From: Alphaproteobacteria bacterium
Lineage (GTDB): Bacteria > Pseudomonadota > Alphaproteobacteria > MPNO01
Reading direction: 5' to 3'
Assembly: GCA_965248835.1 (NCBI GenBank)
Contig: CBDFLJ010000002.1
Coordinates: 1,600,001 to 1,664,000 of the forward strand
Length of the DNA: 64,000 bases
This document shows, in pieces, positions 31,095 to 41,102 of this stretch. The translations under genes were made by a program, and so were the position numbers. Position 1 is the stretch's first letter; each line of letters opens with the position of its first letter. The notes under the pieces are model-generated. The model searched no databases, had not been told where the DNA came from, and worked only from the letters and a program-made list of their open reading frames with translations.

Positions 31095-31802
31095 CTATTC
31101 GGCGGCATCCTCGTTGCGGCGCGACGAGGCTTCGAGCCGCGCGAGGAGCTCGTCTGTCGACTGGACGTCGCCGAAGAAGAGATAGAAGTTGCCGAGTGTT
31201 GCGGCATGCTCCTCGTCGGTCATGGTCGCGCAGCCGTCCGAGACCATCAGCGAGCGGTAGTTGAGCATCATCGCATCGCGCGCGGTGGATTCGCAGCACA
31301 CGTTGGTGGCGACCCCGGTGACGATGATGGTCTCGATCTCGTTGTCGCGCAGCACGTTCTCGATGTCGGACGAGCCCTGGATGAAGGCGCTGTAGCGCCG
31401 CTTGGTCACCCGGTGATCCTCGGCGCGGACATCGAGCGCGGGCCAGAGCTGGAAGGCGCGGCTGTCGCGCTGCATGCCCTCGAGCCGAACCTTCTGCTTG
31501 TCTTCGGTGAAGCGCTCGTGGGCCACCGACCAGCTCTTGAGCGTCTCGTAGCCGGCGAGGTTCTGGATCCACACCACGATGCCGCCGGCATCGCGAACCG
31601 CCTGGGCAAGACGGTTGACGTTGGGCACGATCTCCTGGGCGATGGGCGCCGCGCCGAGCTGACCTTCCTCCATGAAGTAGATCTGCATGTCGACGACAAC
31701 CAGCGCGGTCCTGGGTCCGTCAAAGGACTCGCAGGTGTGCGGCCGCCCTTGGCGCTCGACCATCCGGTCGGTGTATTCCTGTGGCATCTCGAAGTTGTGC
31801 AT
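31095..31802 (-). CDS. Isochorismatase-family cysteine hydrolase #1 (RutB-like amidase)
   Basis: Catalytic D-K-C in VVDMQ, KRRYSAF and GVATNVCCESTARDA; GGAGG RBS. Confidence 0.9.
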   Translation of the reverse strand: MHNFEMPQEYTDRMVERQGRPHTCESFDGPRTALVVVDMQIYFMEEGQLGAAPIAQEIVPNVNRLAQAVRDAGGIVVWIQNLAGYETLKSWSVAHERFTEDKQKVRLEGMQRDSRAFQLWPALDVRAEDHRVTKRRYSAFIQGSSDIENVLRDNEIETIIVTGVATNVCCESTARDAMMLNYRSLMVSDGCATMTDEEHAATLGNFYLFFGDVQSTDELLARLEASSRRNEDAAE

Positions 31803-31828
31803 TGCCGCCTCCACGGTTTGGAGGCCGA

Positions 31829-31857
31829 ACTATAAGGCGCGCCCGGTTGGCCGGCAA
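31829..31857 (-). promoter_or_regulatory. Putative sigma70 promoter for the hydrolase-CoxL-TauD operon
   Basis: Minus strand TTGCCG-N17-TATAGT. Confidence 0.5.
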
Positions 31858-32193
31858 TCGCGCCCGATTTTCGGTCCGCCATGGGCGGTCTTGCAAAAAT
31901 GGTGGTTTCTGCCACGATGATGCTCGATCTCCAACCGGCCGGCGCATCCGCCCCCTGGGCGGTTGGCGACCGGGTTGCAACCGGCTTCAATTGCCGAAAA
32001 ACGGGAGTGCTTTGGGTCGATCCGGCGCGAGGGATACGGCGCGGTCATCGGCGGAATTCATCGGCGTTCCAGGCTGATCGGTGCAGGCGACAGCACGCGG
32101 CCTGCCGCGGCCGGCGGATCGCCGGATAAGTGACATGACGCAGGCGCTGGCGAGGCCGGCCCGGTAAGTCGCAGAAGACAGGGTTGCGAGGAC

Positions 32194-33144
32194 ATGGCAC
32201 AGGGCAAGGTTTCGGGGATGGCAGCCAACGGCACGGTGCGCTCGACATCGCCGGGCACGGCCACGATCTGGCTGGCGGCGGCCGGGGTCGGTGCGCTTGG
32301 CTTCCTGGCGTTCTCGGAATTGTACGCCTGGATCGTCCCGGTCGTGCTTGCGCTGATCGGTTGGGCCGCGGCCGCTTTGGTGTCGGCCGGCAAGCACAGG
32401 GCCGCGCTCGCGCTGGCGTGCGTATTCGTCGTCGCCGTCCTCTTCCCGATGATCGGCGCGCTGGCCTTCAGCTTCGGGCCGTTCCTGAATTCGATTCAAT
32501 CGGGCGAGGCCACCTTTGTGTCGTTCATCGAGACGGCCTTCGACCTGCTCGTCGCCGGCGCGGTGGCGGTCTTCTGCGCGGTCATGGCGTTGCGGTCCTT
32601 CCCCAGCGATATCGTGGAGAAGTATTTCAGCTACGGCATCGTCAGCACGCCGCGCTTCATCATCGGCTCGCTGATCCTGGCCGGCATCGCGATCAATTTC
32701 GCCAACGTCCTGGGCCGCTACCTGTTCCTCGCGCCGATCATCTGGGCCGAGGAAATCATGATCTACATCATGGTCTGGATGGTCTTCGTCGGCTCCGTGC
32801 TGGTGACCTGGGACGGACACCACCTGAAGATGGATTTCTTTTCAATCATGCTGCCCTCGCCGGCAAAGGAGATCATGAACTTCGTCGGCGTGGTGGCGTT
32901 CATCGCCGCCTGCCTGTTCGTCCTGCCGCAGACCCACACGGTGACCAACCTGATGAACGACCTCGACCAGCGCAGCGTCGTTGCGGAGATCCCGATGGTG
33001 GTCCCGCATTTCGCGCTGCTGCTCGGCTTCTCGATCATCTTCGTCGCGGTAGTCTACCGGTTCCGCCGAATGGTAACCGGCGACCTGACGAGCGAGGTCG
33101 ACGCACTGGTCGCCGCCACCGAGGCGGAGGACGTCAAGGGCTGA
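32194..33144 (+). CDS. TRAP small permease (DctQ) with an extra N-terminal membrane region of about 140 aa
   Basis: C-terminal DctQ motifs NVLGRY, WAEE, HLKMDF; hydrophobic N-terminal extension. Confidence 0.8.
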   Translation: MAQGKVSGMAANGTVRSTSPGTATIWLAAAGVGALGFLAFSELYAWIVPVVLALIGWAAAALVSAGKHRAALALACVFVVAVLFPMIGALAFSFGPFLNSIQSGEATFVSFIETAFDLLVAGAVAVFCAVMALRSFPSDIVEKYFSYGIVSTPRFIIGSLILAGIAINFANVLGRYLFLAPIIWAEEIMIYIMVWMVFVGSVLVTWDGHHLKMDFFSIMLPSPAKEIMNFVGVVAFIAACLFVLPQTHTVTNLMNDLDQRSVVAEIPMVVPHFALLLGFSIIFVAVVYRFRRMVTGDLTSEVDALVAATEAEDVKG

Positions 33145-33218
33145 GCACCGGCAGGCCGGCGGTGCCGCCGGATCGAACAACCAAAGATGTGCGCACACAG
33201 GTTTCGGGGAGATAGTCG

Positions 33219-34493
33219 ATGGAGTGGGTGATGGCCTTCTTGCCGGTGGGTCTTCTGATCCTCGGCTTCCCGATCTTCATCATCCTGCTCATTACTTCGG
33301 CGGTGATCCTGCTGTTCTTCATGGAGGTGCCTCTGACCGCAGTCCATCAGGTCATGTTCGGCAGCGTCGACAAATTCGCGCTGATGGCAGTGCCGTTCTT
33401 CATCTTCGCCGGCGAGCTGATGGGTAGGGGCGGTATCTCCCAGCGCATCATCGACTGGGTTCTGTCCGTGATTGGCGGTATGCGGGGAAGCCTGCCGCTG
33501 ACCACGGTCGGCACCTGCACCATCTTCGGCGCGATCTCGGGCTCCAGCCCGGCGACGGTGGCGGCCGTCGGCCGGCTGATGTACCCGCCGCTGCGCGAGA
33601 AGGGCTATAATGAAAGGTTCGCGACCGGCGTGCTGACATCCTCGGGCGCGATCGCTATCGTCATCCCGCCCTCGATCAGCATGATCCTCTACGGCGCCTC
33701 CGCCGAGCAATCGGTGTCGTTGCTGTTCATCGCCGGCGTCTTCCCCGGCCTTTTGATGTCGCTCCTGATGGGCGCCTATATCTACTGGTACGCCGCGCGC
33801 CGCGACATCCGCGAGGGCCAGCCGTTCCGGTGGGGGCCTTTCCTGCGTGCCAGCAAGGCAGGCGTGTGGGCGCTGGGCACCCCGGTGATCATCCTGGGCG
33901 GTATCTACGCCGGCATCTTTTCGCCCACCGAGGCCGCGGGCATCGCCTGCGTCTATGCCATCCTGGTCACCAAGTTCATCTACGGCGACATAAGCTGGAA
34001 GGGGCTGTGGGACGTCTCGGTCAGCTCGATGTACCTGACCGCCCAGGTGCTGATCATCGTCGCCGGCGCGGGCGTGTTCTCCTGGCTGCTGACGGTCAGC
34101 GGCATTCCGCAGTCCGCGGTCGCTGCGATCAACGAGCTCGAGGTCCCGCCCTGGGTGATCCTGTTGATCATCAACTTCTTCCTGCTGATCGTCGGCTGCC
34201 TGCTGGATCCGGGCTCTGCGATCCTGGTCCTCACGCCGCTGCTCGCGCCGATCGCGGCGGCCATCGGCGTCGATCTGATCCATTTCGGCGTGATCATGAC
34301 GGTGAACCTCGCGATCGGTATGTTCACCCCGCCCTTCGGGCTGAACATCTTCGTCGCCCAGGCGCTGTTCAAGGCGCCCCTGAAGAGCATCTATCCGGGG
34401 CTGATACCGTTCATCTTCATCAACATCATCGCGCTGATGATTATCACCTACGTGCCCGAGCTGTCGCTCTACCTCACCCAGTTCGCCGGCTGA
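33219..34493 (+). CDS. TRAP large permease (DctM)
   Basis: AVPFFIFAGELM, FGAISGSSPAT, IPPSI, FSPTEAA, IHFG, TPPFGLNIF. Confidence 0.95.
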   Translation: MEWVMAFLPVGLLILGFPIFIILLITSAVILLFFMEVPLTAVHQVMFGSVDKFALMAVPFFIFAGELMGRGGISQRIIDWVLSVIGGMRGSLPLTTVGTCTIFGAISGSSPATVAAVGRLMYPPLREKGYNERFATGVLTSSGAIAIVIPPSISMILYGASAEQSVSLLFIAGVFPGLLMSLLMGAYIYWYAARRDIREGQPFRWGPFLRASKAGVWALGTPVIILGGIYAGIFSPTEAAGIACVYAILVTKFIYGDISWKGLWDVSVSSMYLTAQVLIIVAGAGVFSWLLTVSGIPQSAVAAINELEVPPWVILLIINFFLLIVGCLLDPGSAILVLTPLLAPIAAAIGVDLIHFGVIMTVNLAIGMFTPPFGLNIFVAQALFKAPLKSIYPGLIPFIFINIIALMIITYVPELSLYLTQFAG

Positions 34494-34503
34494 TCATGGC
34501 GGA

Positions 34504-34529
34504 GGCGGTGCCCCATACGGGGCGCCGCC
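34504..34529 (+). terminator. GC-rich hairpin after dctM (possible terminator or processing stem; no U-tract)
   Basis: GGCGGTGCCCC-ATAC-GGGGCGCCGCC, an 11-bp stem with one G-U pair. Confidence 0.35.
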
Positions 34530-34619
34530 GCGCTTGACCTCGAGCGCCCCGGCTGCCTTTGATCTTTGCATGGGCGGTGCGGCCGCGCGTGCGGTCAGGA
34601 TGCGAGCAGGAAGGGGACG

Positions 34620-35600
34620 ATGAGCGACGAGACGATGGCGGTCACGATTCACGCGCCCGGCGGGCCGGACGCGCTGGTCTACGAACCCGTGCCCCTGGCC
34701 GAGCCGGGCGAAGGCCAGGTGCTGCTGCACCACGCGCGGATCGGGCTCAACTATATCGACGTTGCTTTCCGCCGCACCGGCGGGCCGATCAAGTCCTTCC
34801 CGGCGGTGCTCGGGATGGAGGCCGCCGGCACGATCGAGGCGGTGGGCCCGGGCGTGACCGGCTTCGCGCCGGGCGATCGGGTCTCCCACTGCATGGTGCT
34901 GGGCGCCTATGCCGAGCGCCAGGTGATCGATGCGAACCGCCTGATCGCCCTGCCGCCGGAGATCTCCGAGGAAACCGCGGCCGCAGCAACCCTCCAGGGC
35001 CTGACCGCTCAGTACCTGCTGCGCAGCTCGTATGCCGTCCAGCCCGGCGACACGGTCCTGATCCAGGCGGCGGCGGGCGGCATGGGCCTGCTGCTGTGCC
35101 AATGGGCGAAGCACCTGGGCGCCACGGTCATCGGCACCGTGAGCAGCCCGGAGAAGGCCGCGCTCGCCGCCGGCCATGGCTGCGATCACGCGATCGACTA
35201 CACCAGACAGGACTTCCCGGCCCGGGTGATGGAGATCACCGCCGGGGCAGGCGTATCGGCGGTCTACGACGCCGTCGGCAAGACGACCTTCGACGGCGGT
35301 CTCGCCTGCCTTGCCGAGCGCGGCCACATGGTCTCCTACGGCAACGCCTCGGGCCCGGTCGCCCCGCTCGACATCGCCACCCTGTCGCCGAAGTCGCTGA
35401 CCATCACCAGAGGCTCGCTCGGCAGCTACGTCAGGGACCCGGCCGATCGCGCGGCGCGCGCCGCGGAGCTCTGGGCCCTCATCGCCGACGGCACCCTGAA
35501 GGTCGCGATCAACCAGCGCTACCCTCTGGCCGAGGCCGCAAGGGCCCACGCCGACCTCGAGACCCGCAAGACGACGGGATCGACGGTGCTGACGCCATAG
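34620..35600 (+). CDS. qor: NADPH:quinone oxidoreductase (zeta-crystallin/Qor)
   Basis: GLNYID, GMEAAG, QGLTAQYL, AAAGGMG, YDAVGKTTF, GNASGP, TTGSTVL. Confidence 0.9.
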   Translation: MSDETMAVTIHAPGGPDALVYEPVPLAEPGEGQVLLHHARIGLNYIDVAFRRTGGPIKSFPAVLGMEAAGTIEAVGPGVTGFAPGDRVSHCMVLGAYAERQVIDANRLIALPPEISEETAAAATLQGLTAQYLLRSSYAVQPGDTVLIQAAAGGMGLLLCQWAKHLGATVIGTVSSPEKAALAAGHGCDHAIDYTRQDFPARVMEITAGAGVSAVYDAVGKTTFDGGLACLAERGHMVSYGNASGPVAPLDIATLSPKSLTITRGSLGSYVRDPADRAARAAELWALIADGTLKVAINQRYPLAEAARAHADLETRKTTGSTVLTP

Positions 35601-35633
35601 GGACGGGCTCGGCGGTCCGCAAGGGAGACCATC

Positions 35634-36575
35634 ATGATCATCGACAGCCATTCCCATGTCTGGAGCTATCCGGTGCTCGAGGAGCACGCGGACAAGATCG
35701 TCTCGACCGAGGACCTGATGGCGTTCCGCAGCCGCTATCCGGACCTCTACGACCGCACGCTGCACGAGAGCCCGGTCGACAATTCGGACACGCTGGTCGC
35801 CCAGATGGACGAGCACGGCATCGCCAAGACGATCGTCCAGGCGCGGCCGGGTGCGGTGACCAACGACCAGGTCGCGGCATCGGTTCGCCGCCACCCGGAC
35901 CGGCTCTACGGGCTGTTCCGCATCGGCCACGACCAGGAAGCCGCGCACGATTATGTCGATGACCCGAGACCGGTGCGCGAGGCAGCGCCCGATCACATCG
36001 ACTACTGCGTCGAGGAGCTTGGCATGATCGGCATGGGCGAGATGTTCGTTCGCGCCTTTACCCGCGCGCTCGACCCCGAACTGATCGCCAAGGACCTTGC
36101 GCCGATCATGAACGCCCTGGCCAAGCACGGGATTCCGATCCAGATCCCGACCGCCTGGAGCCAATTTCCCGGCGGTCTGATCTACGGCGATCCGATCTGG
36201 ACCGACGAGATCGCCTGCCGCTGGCCCGACACGCCGGTGATCCTCACCAAGATGGGCCGCTCGGTGCAGACCTATTTCGACCACGCGATGGTCGTGGCCA
36301 TGCGCAACCAGAACGTCTTGTTCGATGTCGTCGGAACCCGGCCGGACCATTTGCGCCACGCGATCGATGCGATCGGCTCAAAACGCATCCTGTTCGGCAC
36401 CGACTGGTCGGCGACCTGGCGCTGGATCAGAAAGCCCACCGACCTCTACACCTTGCGCCTGAACGTCCTGGAAGAGGCCAACCTCGCCGAAGAGGAGCGC
36501 CAGGACATCCTGTGGCGCAACGCGGTGCGCGTCTTCGCCCTGAAGGATATCGGCCAGGCTGAGGCCGCTGCCTGA
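35634..36575 (+). CDS. Amidohydrolase_2-family protein
   Basis: IIDSHSH, HPDRL, ILFGTDW, ILWRNA. Confidence 0.8.
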   Translation: MIIDSHSHVWSYPVLEEHADKIVSTEDLMAFRSRYPDLYDRTLHESPVDNSDTLVAQMDEHGIAKTIVQARPGAVTNDQVAASVRRHPDRLYGLFRIGHDQEAAHDYVDDPRPVREAAPDHIDYCVEELGMIGMGEMFVRAFTRALDPELIAKDLAPIMNALAKHGIPIQIPTAWSQFPGGLIYGDPIWTDEIACRWPDTPVILTKMGRSVQTYFDHAMVVAMRNQNVLFDVVGTRPDHLRHAIDAIGSKRILFGTDWSATWRWIRKPTDLYTLRLNVLEEANLAEEERQDILWRNAVRVFALKDIGQAEAAA

Positions 36576-36622
36576 ACCATGTTCCGATCCGATCGTGTCG
36601 GTTCGGCCGGATCGGGCAGCCG

Positions 36623-38332
36623 CTACCGCGTGTGCCGCGCGGCGTGCTTGGCGGCGCGGTAACCGAAGACCATCGCCGGGCCGAGTGTCGTGCCGGGACC
36701 GGGGTAGGTGCCGGCCATGATCGAGTCCATATCGTTGCCGCAGGCATAGAGGCCTTCGATCGGGGCGTCGTCGGCATCGAGGACCTGAGCATCGGCGTTG
36801 GTCGAAAGCCCGGTGCTGCAGCCGAGCTCGGCCGGCCAGATCTCGAGCGCGGCAAACGGCGCGGACGCGATCGGGCCGAGGCAGGGATTCGGGCGGTGCT
36901 CCGGGTCGCCGTTGAAGCGGTTGAGCTCGGTATCGCCCTTGCCGAAATCCGGATCGCTGCCCTGTTCGGCGAACCGGTTGTGGCGCGCGACCGTCTCGGC
37001 AAGCGTCCCCGGAGCGATGCCGAGATCGGTGGCCAGCGCCTCGATCGTCGCGGCGGTGCGGATATAGCCCTTGCGCACGAAGGGGGCGAGGTCGGTCGTG
37101 CCCGGATGGATGTCGCCGAGCCCGTACTTGCGGACGAACCGCGCATCACAGATCAGGTGGCAGGGGATGGTCGGCGACAGCGCGTTGGCGCGGAACATCG
37201 CCTCGACGAAGTCGTGGTAGGAGACCGCCTCGTTGACGAAGCGGCGGCCTTCGGCGTTGACCGCAACGAGGCCGGGCTTGGCGCGGTCGAGGACGATGTG
37301 CGGGTAGAGCCCTTCGGTCCCGTCCCTGCGCCTGGTGCGCGAGACCGGGGTCCACAGCCCTCCCTGGCGGTTCGGCCCCTCGCCCAGCTTCGCGCCCATC
37401 CGCGCGCCGATCCTGAGACCGTCGCCGGTGTTCTCGGCGACCGCCATCGAATCGGCCGGCATCGGATCGGGCATGAAGGTCCGGCGCATCGCCTCGTTGT
37501 GAGCGAAGCCGCCGGTCGCCAGCACGACGCCGCGGCGGGCGCGCACGCGTATCGGGCCGTTGCCGGTTTGGAGCACGGCACCGGCGACGCCGTCGCCGCC
37601 ATTGATCAGATCCTCCAGCGCGGCGCCGAACAGGACCGCCACGCCGTTCTGCTTGAGGCTGTAGTAGAGCCGGCCGATCAGCGCGTTTCCCATCACCAGT
37701 CTTGTGCCGCGCTTGTAGCGCAGCCGGTCGGCGAGATAGCGCAGAACAAGCCCGGCCGAATGCAGGAAGTTGCCGGGGCTCTTGAACCGACCGAGCAGAC
37801 GGGCGATGTCGGTCTTGCCGGCCATCATGCCGCCGAGCAGCATGAACTCTTCGATTGGCGGGCGAACGCGGTCGAAATCGCGCCCGAGCAGGCGGCCGTC
37901 GAACACCTCGGGGATGATCGCCCTGCCGGCGCTCGCCGCACCGGGCAGGTTGTTGCGGTAGTCGGGGTGGGGGCCGCAGGCGACAAATGCCAGCTCGGTC
38001 CGCGCGACCAGGTCGTCGATCACCCTGGGGCCGTCGGCGAGAAAGGCGGCGCGCCGATCATCCGCCCCGCCGTCGCCGATCAACGCATCGAGATAGGACG
38101 CCGCATCCTCGGCGCTGTCGGGGTAGCCGGCCTCCCGGCTCTGGCTGTTGGCCGGGATCCACAGCGTGCCGGCCGAGGTCGCCCCGGTGCCGCCGACCTG
38201 CTGGGACTTCTCGCAGATCAAGACGTCCAACCCTTCGAGCGCGGCCACCAGCGCCGCCGTCATCCCGCCCGGCCCGGCGCCCGCAACCAGCAGGTCGACC
38301 TCGCGGTCCCATGCTCGAGTGTCCGTTGTCAT
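36623..38332 (-). CDS. FAD-dependent oxidoreductase, KstD/fumarate-reductase flavoprotein family
   Basis: GAGPGG, GGTGATSAG, GVVLATGGF, NTGDG, GRRFVNE, DPDFGKG, GLYACGND, YPGPGTTLG. Confidence 0.9.
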   Translation of the reverse strand: MTTDTRAWDREVDLLVAGAGPGGMTAALVAALEGLDVLICEKSQQVGGTGATSAGTLWIPANSQSREAGYPDSAEDAASYLDALIGDGGADDRRAAFLADGPRVIDDLVARTELAFVACGPHPDYRNNLPGAASAGRAIIPEVFDGRLLGRDFDRVRPPIEEFMLLGGMMAGKTDIARLLGRFKSPGNFLHSAGLVLRYLADRLRYKRGTRLVMGNALIGRLYYSLKQNGVAVLFGAALEDLINGGDGVAGAVLQTGNGPIRVRARRGVVLATGGFAHNEAMRRTFMPDPMPADSMAVAENTGDGLRIGARMGAKLGEGPNRQGGLWTPVSRTRRRDGTEGLYPHIVLDRAKPGLVAVNAEGRRFVNEAVSYHDFVEAMFRANALSPTIPCHLICDARFVRKYGLGDIHPGTTDLAPFVRKGYIRTAATIEALATDLGIAPGTLAETVARHNRFAEQGSDPDFGKGDTELNRFNGDPEHRPNPCLGPIASAPFAALEIWPAELGCSTGLSTNADAQVLDADDAPIEGLYACGNDMDSIMAGTYPGPGTTLGPAMVFGYRAAKHAARHTR

Positions 38333-38338
38333 CGCCGC

Positions 38339-39346
38339 TCAGCCGATCTTGGGCACGACGTCTTCAGCGAAGACCTGCATCTGGTCGAACAGCTCGGTTA
38401 GGTCGTTTGCCGCGAAATAGAGCCCGAGCAGGTGGGTCACGCCGGCCTCGCGGAACTGGTTGGCGCGCGCGATCACATCCTCGACCGTGCCGATCAGGTT
38501 GATGTCCTCATGGCCCAGCGCGCCCTGCTCCTTCAGCGTCGATTTGCGCAGCGAGGTCAGATGGGCGCACATCTGGGTCTTCTCGAAGCGCGCCAGCGCC
38601 GCTGCGCGCGTCTTGCCGAGATGGACGATGTATTGCGGGGCGACTTCGATGGTCGCGGGGTCGCGGCCCGCCTCTTCGGCCAGGCGGTGGAGGGTCTTGA
38701 CGTCCTCCCGCAACCGGTCGAGCGGGACCGCGGCCGGCAGCCAGCCGTCGGCCGAAGCCACCGTGCGGCGCAGATTGTTGGCGTTGTTGCCGCCGACATA
38801 GAGCGGCACGTGGTCCTGCAGCGGCTTGGGGTAGAGCTCGACATCCTCGAAGGCGTAGTAAGCACCCTGATACGAGGCCACGCGCTCGGCGAACAGCTTG
38901 CTCAGCGCCTCGACCCCCTCCTCGAGGATCCTGCCGCGCGGCAGCTTCTGGCCCGGCTGCAGGGCTTCGAACTCCTCCCGGTAGGCGCCGATGCCGACGC
39001 CGATCTCCAGCCTGCCGCCGGAGAAGTGATCGAGCGTGGCGAGCTGCTTGGCCGTCACCACGATGTCGCGGCGCATCGGCAGGACCAGGATCCCGGTGCC
39101 GAAGCGCAAGCTGGTGGTCTCAGCGGCCACGAACGAATAGGTGATCAGGGGCTCCCAGAACCGCGGCGGGGTCGGAAACTCCGAGCGGACGTAGTTCTGG
39201 GTGGTCATGTGGTCGTTGCCCCAGACCGAGTGGTAGCCCAGCGCCTCGGCATGCCTGGCGATGCCGATCACCGCCTCGGGGTCGCTGAACGGGATCGGAT
39301 AGGTCAGACCTTCCATCCCCGTGGGCAGGCCGACACTGACGCGCAT
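38339..39346 (-). CDS. LLM-class oxidoreductase, probable F420-dependent subfamily
   Basis: GYHSVWGNDH, EPLITYSF, AKQLATLDHFSGGRLEIGVGIG, PKPLQ, ADGWLP. Confidence 0.82.
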   Translation of the reverse strand: MRVSVGLPTGMEGLTYPIPFSDPEAVIGIARHAEALGYHSVWGNDHMTTQNYVRSEFPTPPRFWEPLITYSFVAAETTSLRFGTGILVLPMRRDIVVTAKQLATLDHFSGGRLEIGVGIGAYREEFEALQPGQKLPRGRILEEGVEALSKLFAERVASYQGAYYAFEDVELYPKPLQDHVPLYVGGNNANNLRRTVASADGWLPAAVPLDRLREDVKTLHRLAEEAGRDPATIEVAPQYIVHLGKTRAAALARFEKTQMCAHLTSLRKSTLKEQGALGHEDINLIGTVEDVIARANQFREAGVTHLLGLYFAANDLTELFDQMQVFAEDVVPKIG

Positions 39347-39377
39347 TATCGATGTCTCCCTTGTTTGTTGCCGTGGC

Positions 39378-41102
39378 TCAGGCGCGGAGCCGCCCCGTCC
39401 CGTCCTGGTCGAGGGCGCCGTCCGGGCCCAGCGCAACACCGTAGATCGTACGCGCGGCTTCCGGCGAGACCAGCCCGGCCCGGCAGTCCTCGGCGACAGC
39501 GGCCGCATCGCGCGTCTTGGGATTGCCGAGCCCGCCGCCGCCCGGCATCTCGATCACCACGCGCTCGCCCCTGGGAACGGTCTGCGTGCCTTTGCCCGCC
39601 AGCGCCGTGCCCGAGCCCAGCGTGAGCCTGCCGGCAGCCCCGTCTCCGCCGCCGTCGCGGCCGCGCGGCGGGTGGTCGATCCGGTCGAACAAAGCCGAGA
39701 AAGCGAACGGCGCGTCTTCCAGGATGCCGAGCTCCATCACCTGGCCGAGCCCGCCGCGGTTGCGCCCGGCACCGCCCGAGTCGGTGCGGTACTCCTTGCG
39801 CCAGAACACCACCGGGGAGATCGACTCGGTGACCTCGACCGGTACGCTGCGCACCCCGCTTGGAAAGCCGGTGGCCGACAGCCCGTCCTTGCCGGGCCGG
39901 GCACCGGTGCCGCCGGAATGGAAGCTCAGGACGGTGAACGGCTGGGCCTCGGCGACCTCGGCCGGATCGGTATCGACCCGCCCCGGTCCGCCGAAGGCAT
40001 AGACGTTCCACAGGCACGACGTCCCTTCGGCCGGCACAGCGCCGGGCAGCGCCTGGGCGAAGCAGCCGATCATCACGTCGGGCAGCATCTGCCCGGTGAC
40101 GTGGCGCACCGCGACCGGCGCCGGGTGGACCGCGTTGAGGATCGTATTCTCCGGGGCGCTGATCCGGATCGGGGCGAGCGAGCCGGCGTTGTTGGGCACC
40201 GACGGCGCGACGATGCAGCGCACGCCGAAGGTCGCGTAGGCCTCGGTATAGCAATAGGGCACGTTGATGCCGTAGGACGAGATCCCCGAGGTGCCGGTGA
40301 AATCGACATCGATCCCGTCCGGACCCACGGTCATGGCCGCAACCAGATCGATCGGCTTCTCCAGCCCGTCGACGCGCATCGAATAGCGATAGGTGCCGGG
40401 CTTGAGCCTGCCGATCGCTTCCAAGGTCGCAGCCTCGGAGCGGTCGAGGATATGGGCGGCCACGGTCTCCAGATCTTCGATCGCGAATTCGTCCATCATT
40501 TCGACCAGTCGGCGGCAGCCGACATCGTTGCAGGTCGCCAGCGAATGGAGGTCGCCAACCACCTGGACCGGCTCGCGCACGTTGGCGCCGACGATGTCGA
40601 TGAGCGTCCGGTCGATCTCGCCGGCGGTGGCGAACCGCATCGGCGGGATGTAGAGCCCTTCCTCGTAGACTTGGCGGGCGTCGGAGGACATGCCGCGCCC
40701 GCCGATGTCGACGACGTGGCTGGTGCTGGCGAACAGCGCGACCAGCCGGCCGTGGCGGAAGGCGGGCGTCACGAAGGTGAAGTCGTGCAGATGGCCGGTC
40801 CCCATCCAGGGATCGTTGGTCAGAAACACGTCGGCCTCGCGCATCTCGGAGGCCGGGAAGCGGTCCAGGAAATGCCCGACCGAGCGCGCCATCGAGTTGA
40901 CGTGTCCGGGCGTTCCGGTGACCGCCTGCGCCAGCATCCGCCCCTCGGCGTCGAACACCCCGGCCGACAGGTCGCCAGCCTCGCGTGTAGAGGTCGAGAA
41001 CCCGGTGCGGATCAGCGCCTGGGCCTGCTCCTCGACGACCGCGATCAGACGGTCCCACATGAGCTGCAGGCGGATCGGTGAAAGCGTGTTGGCGCGGTTC
41101 AT
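39378..41102 (-). CDS. Hydantoinase B/oxoprolinase-family subunit (system 1)
   Basis: STREAGDLSAG, GTPGH, TNDPW..GHLHD, HVVDIGG, EEGL, PGGGG. Confidence 0.92.
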   Translation of the reverse strand: MNRANTLSPIRLQLMWDRLIAVVEEQAQALIRTGFSTSTREAGDLSAGVFDAEGRMLAQAVTGTPGHVNSMARSVGHFLDRFPASEMREADVFLTNDPWMGTGHLHDFTFVTPAFRHGRLVALFASTSHVVDIGGRGMSSDARQVYEEGLYIPPMRFATAGEIDRTLIDIVGANVREPVQVVGDLHSLATCNDVGCRRLVEMMDEFAIEDLETVAAHILDRSEAATLEAIGRLKPGTYRYSMRVDGLEKPIDLVAAMTVGPDGIDVDFTGTSGISSYGINVPYCYTEAYATFGVRCIVAPSVPNNAGSLAPIRISAPENTILNAVHPAPVAVRHVTGQMLPDVMIGCFAQALPGAVPAEGTSCLWNVYAFGGPGRVDTDPAEVAEAQPFTVLSFHSGGTGARPGKDGLSATGFPSGVRSVPVEVTESISPVVFWRKEYRTDSGGAGRNRGGLGQVMELGILEDAPFAFSALFDRIDHPPRGRDGGGDGAAGRLTLGSGTALAGKGTQTVPRGERVVIEMPGGGGLGNPKTRDAAAVAEDCRAGLVSPEAARTIYGVALGPDGALDQDGTGRLRA

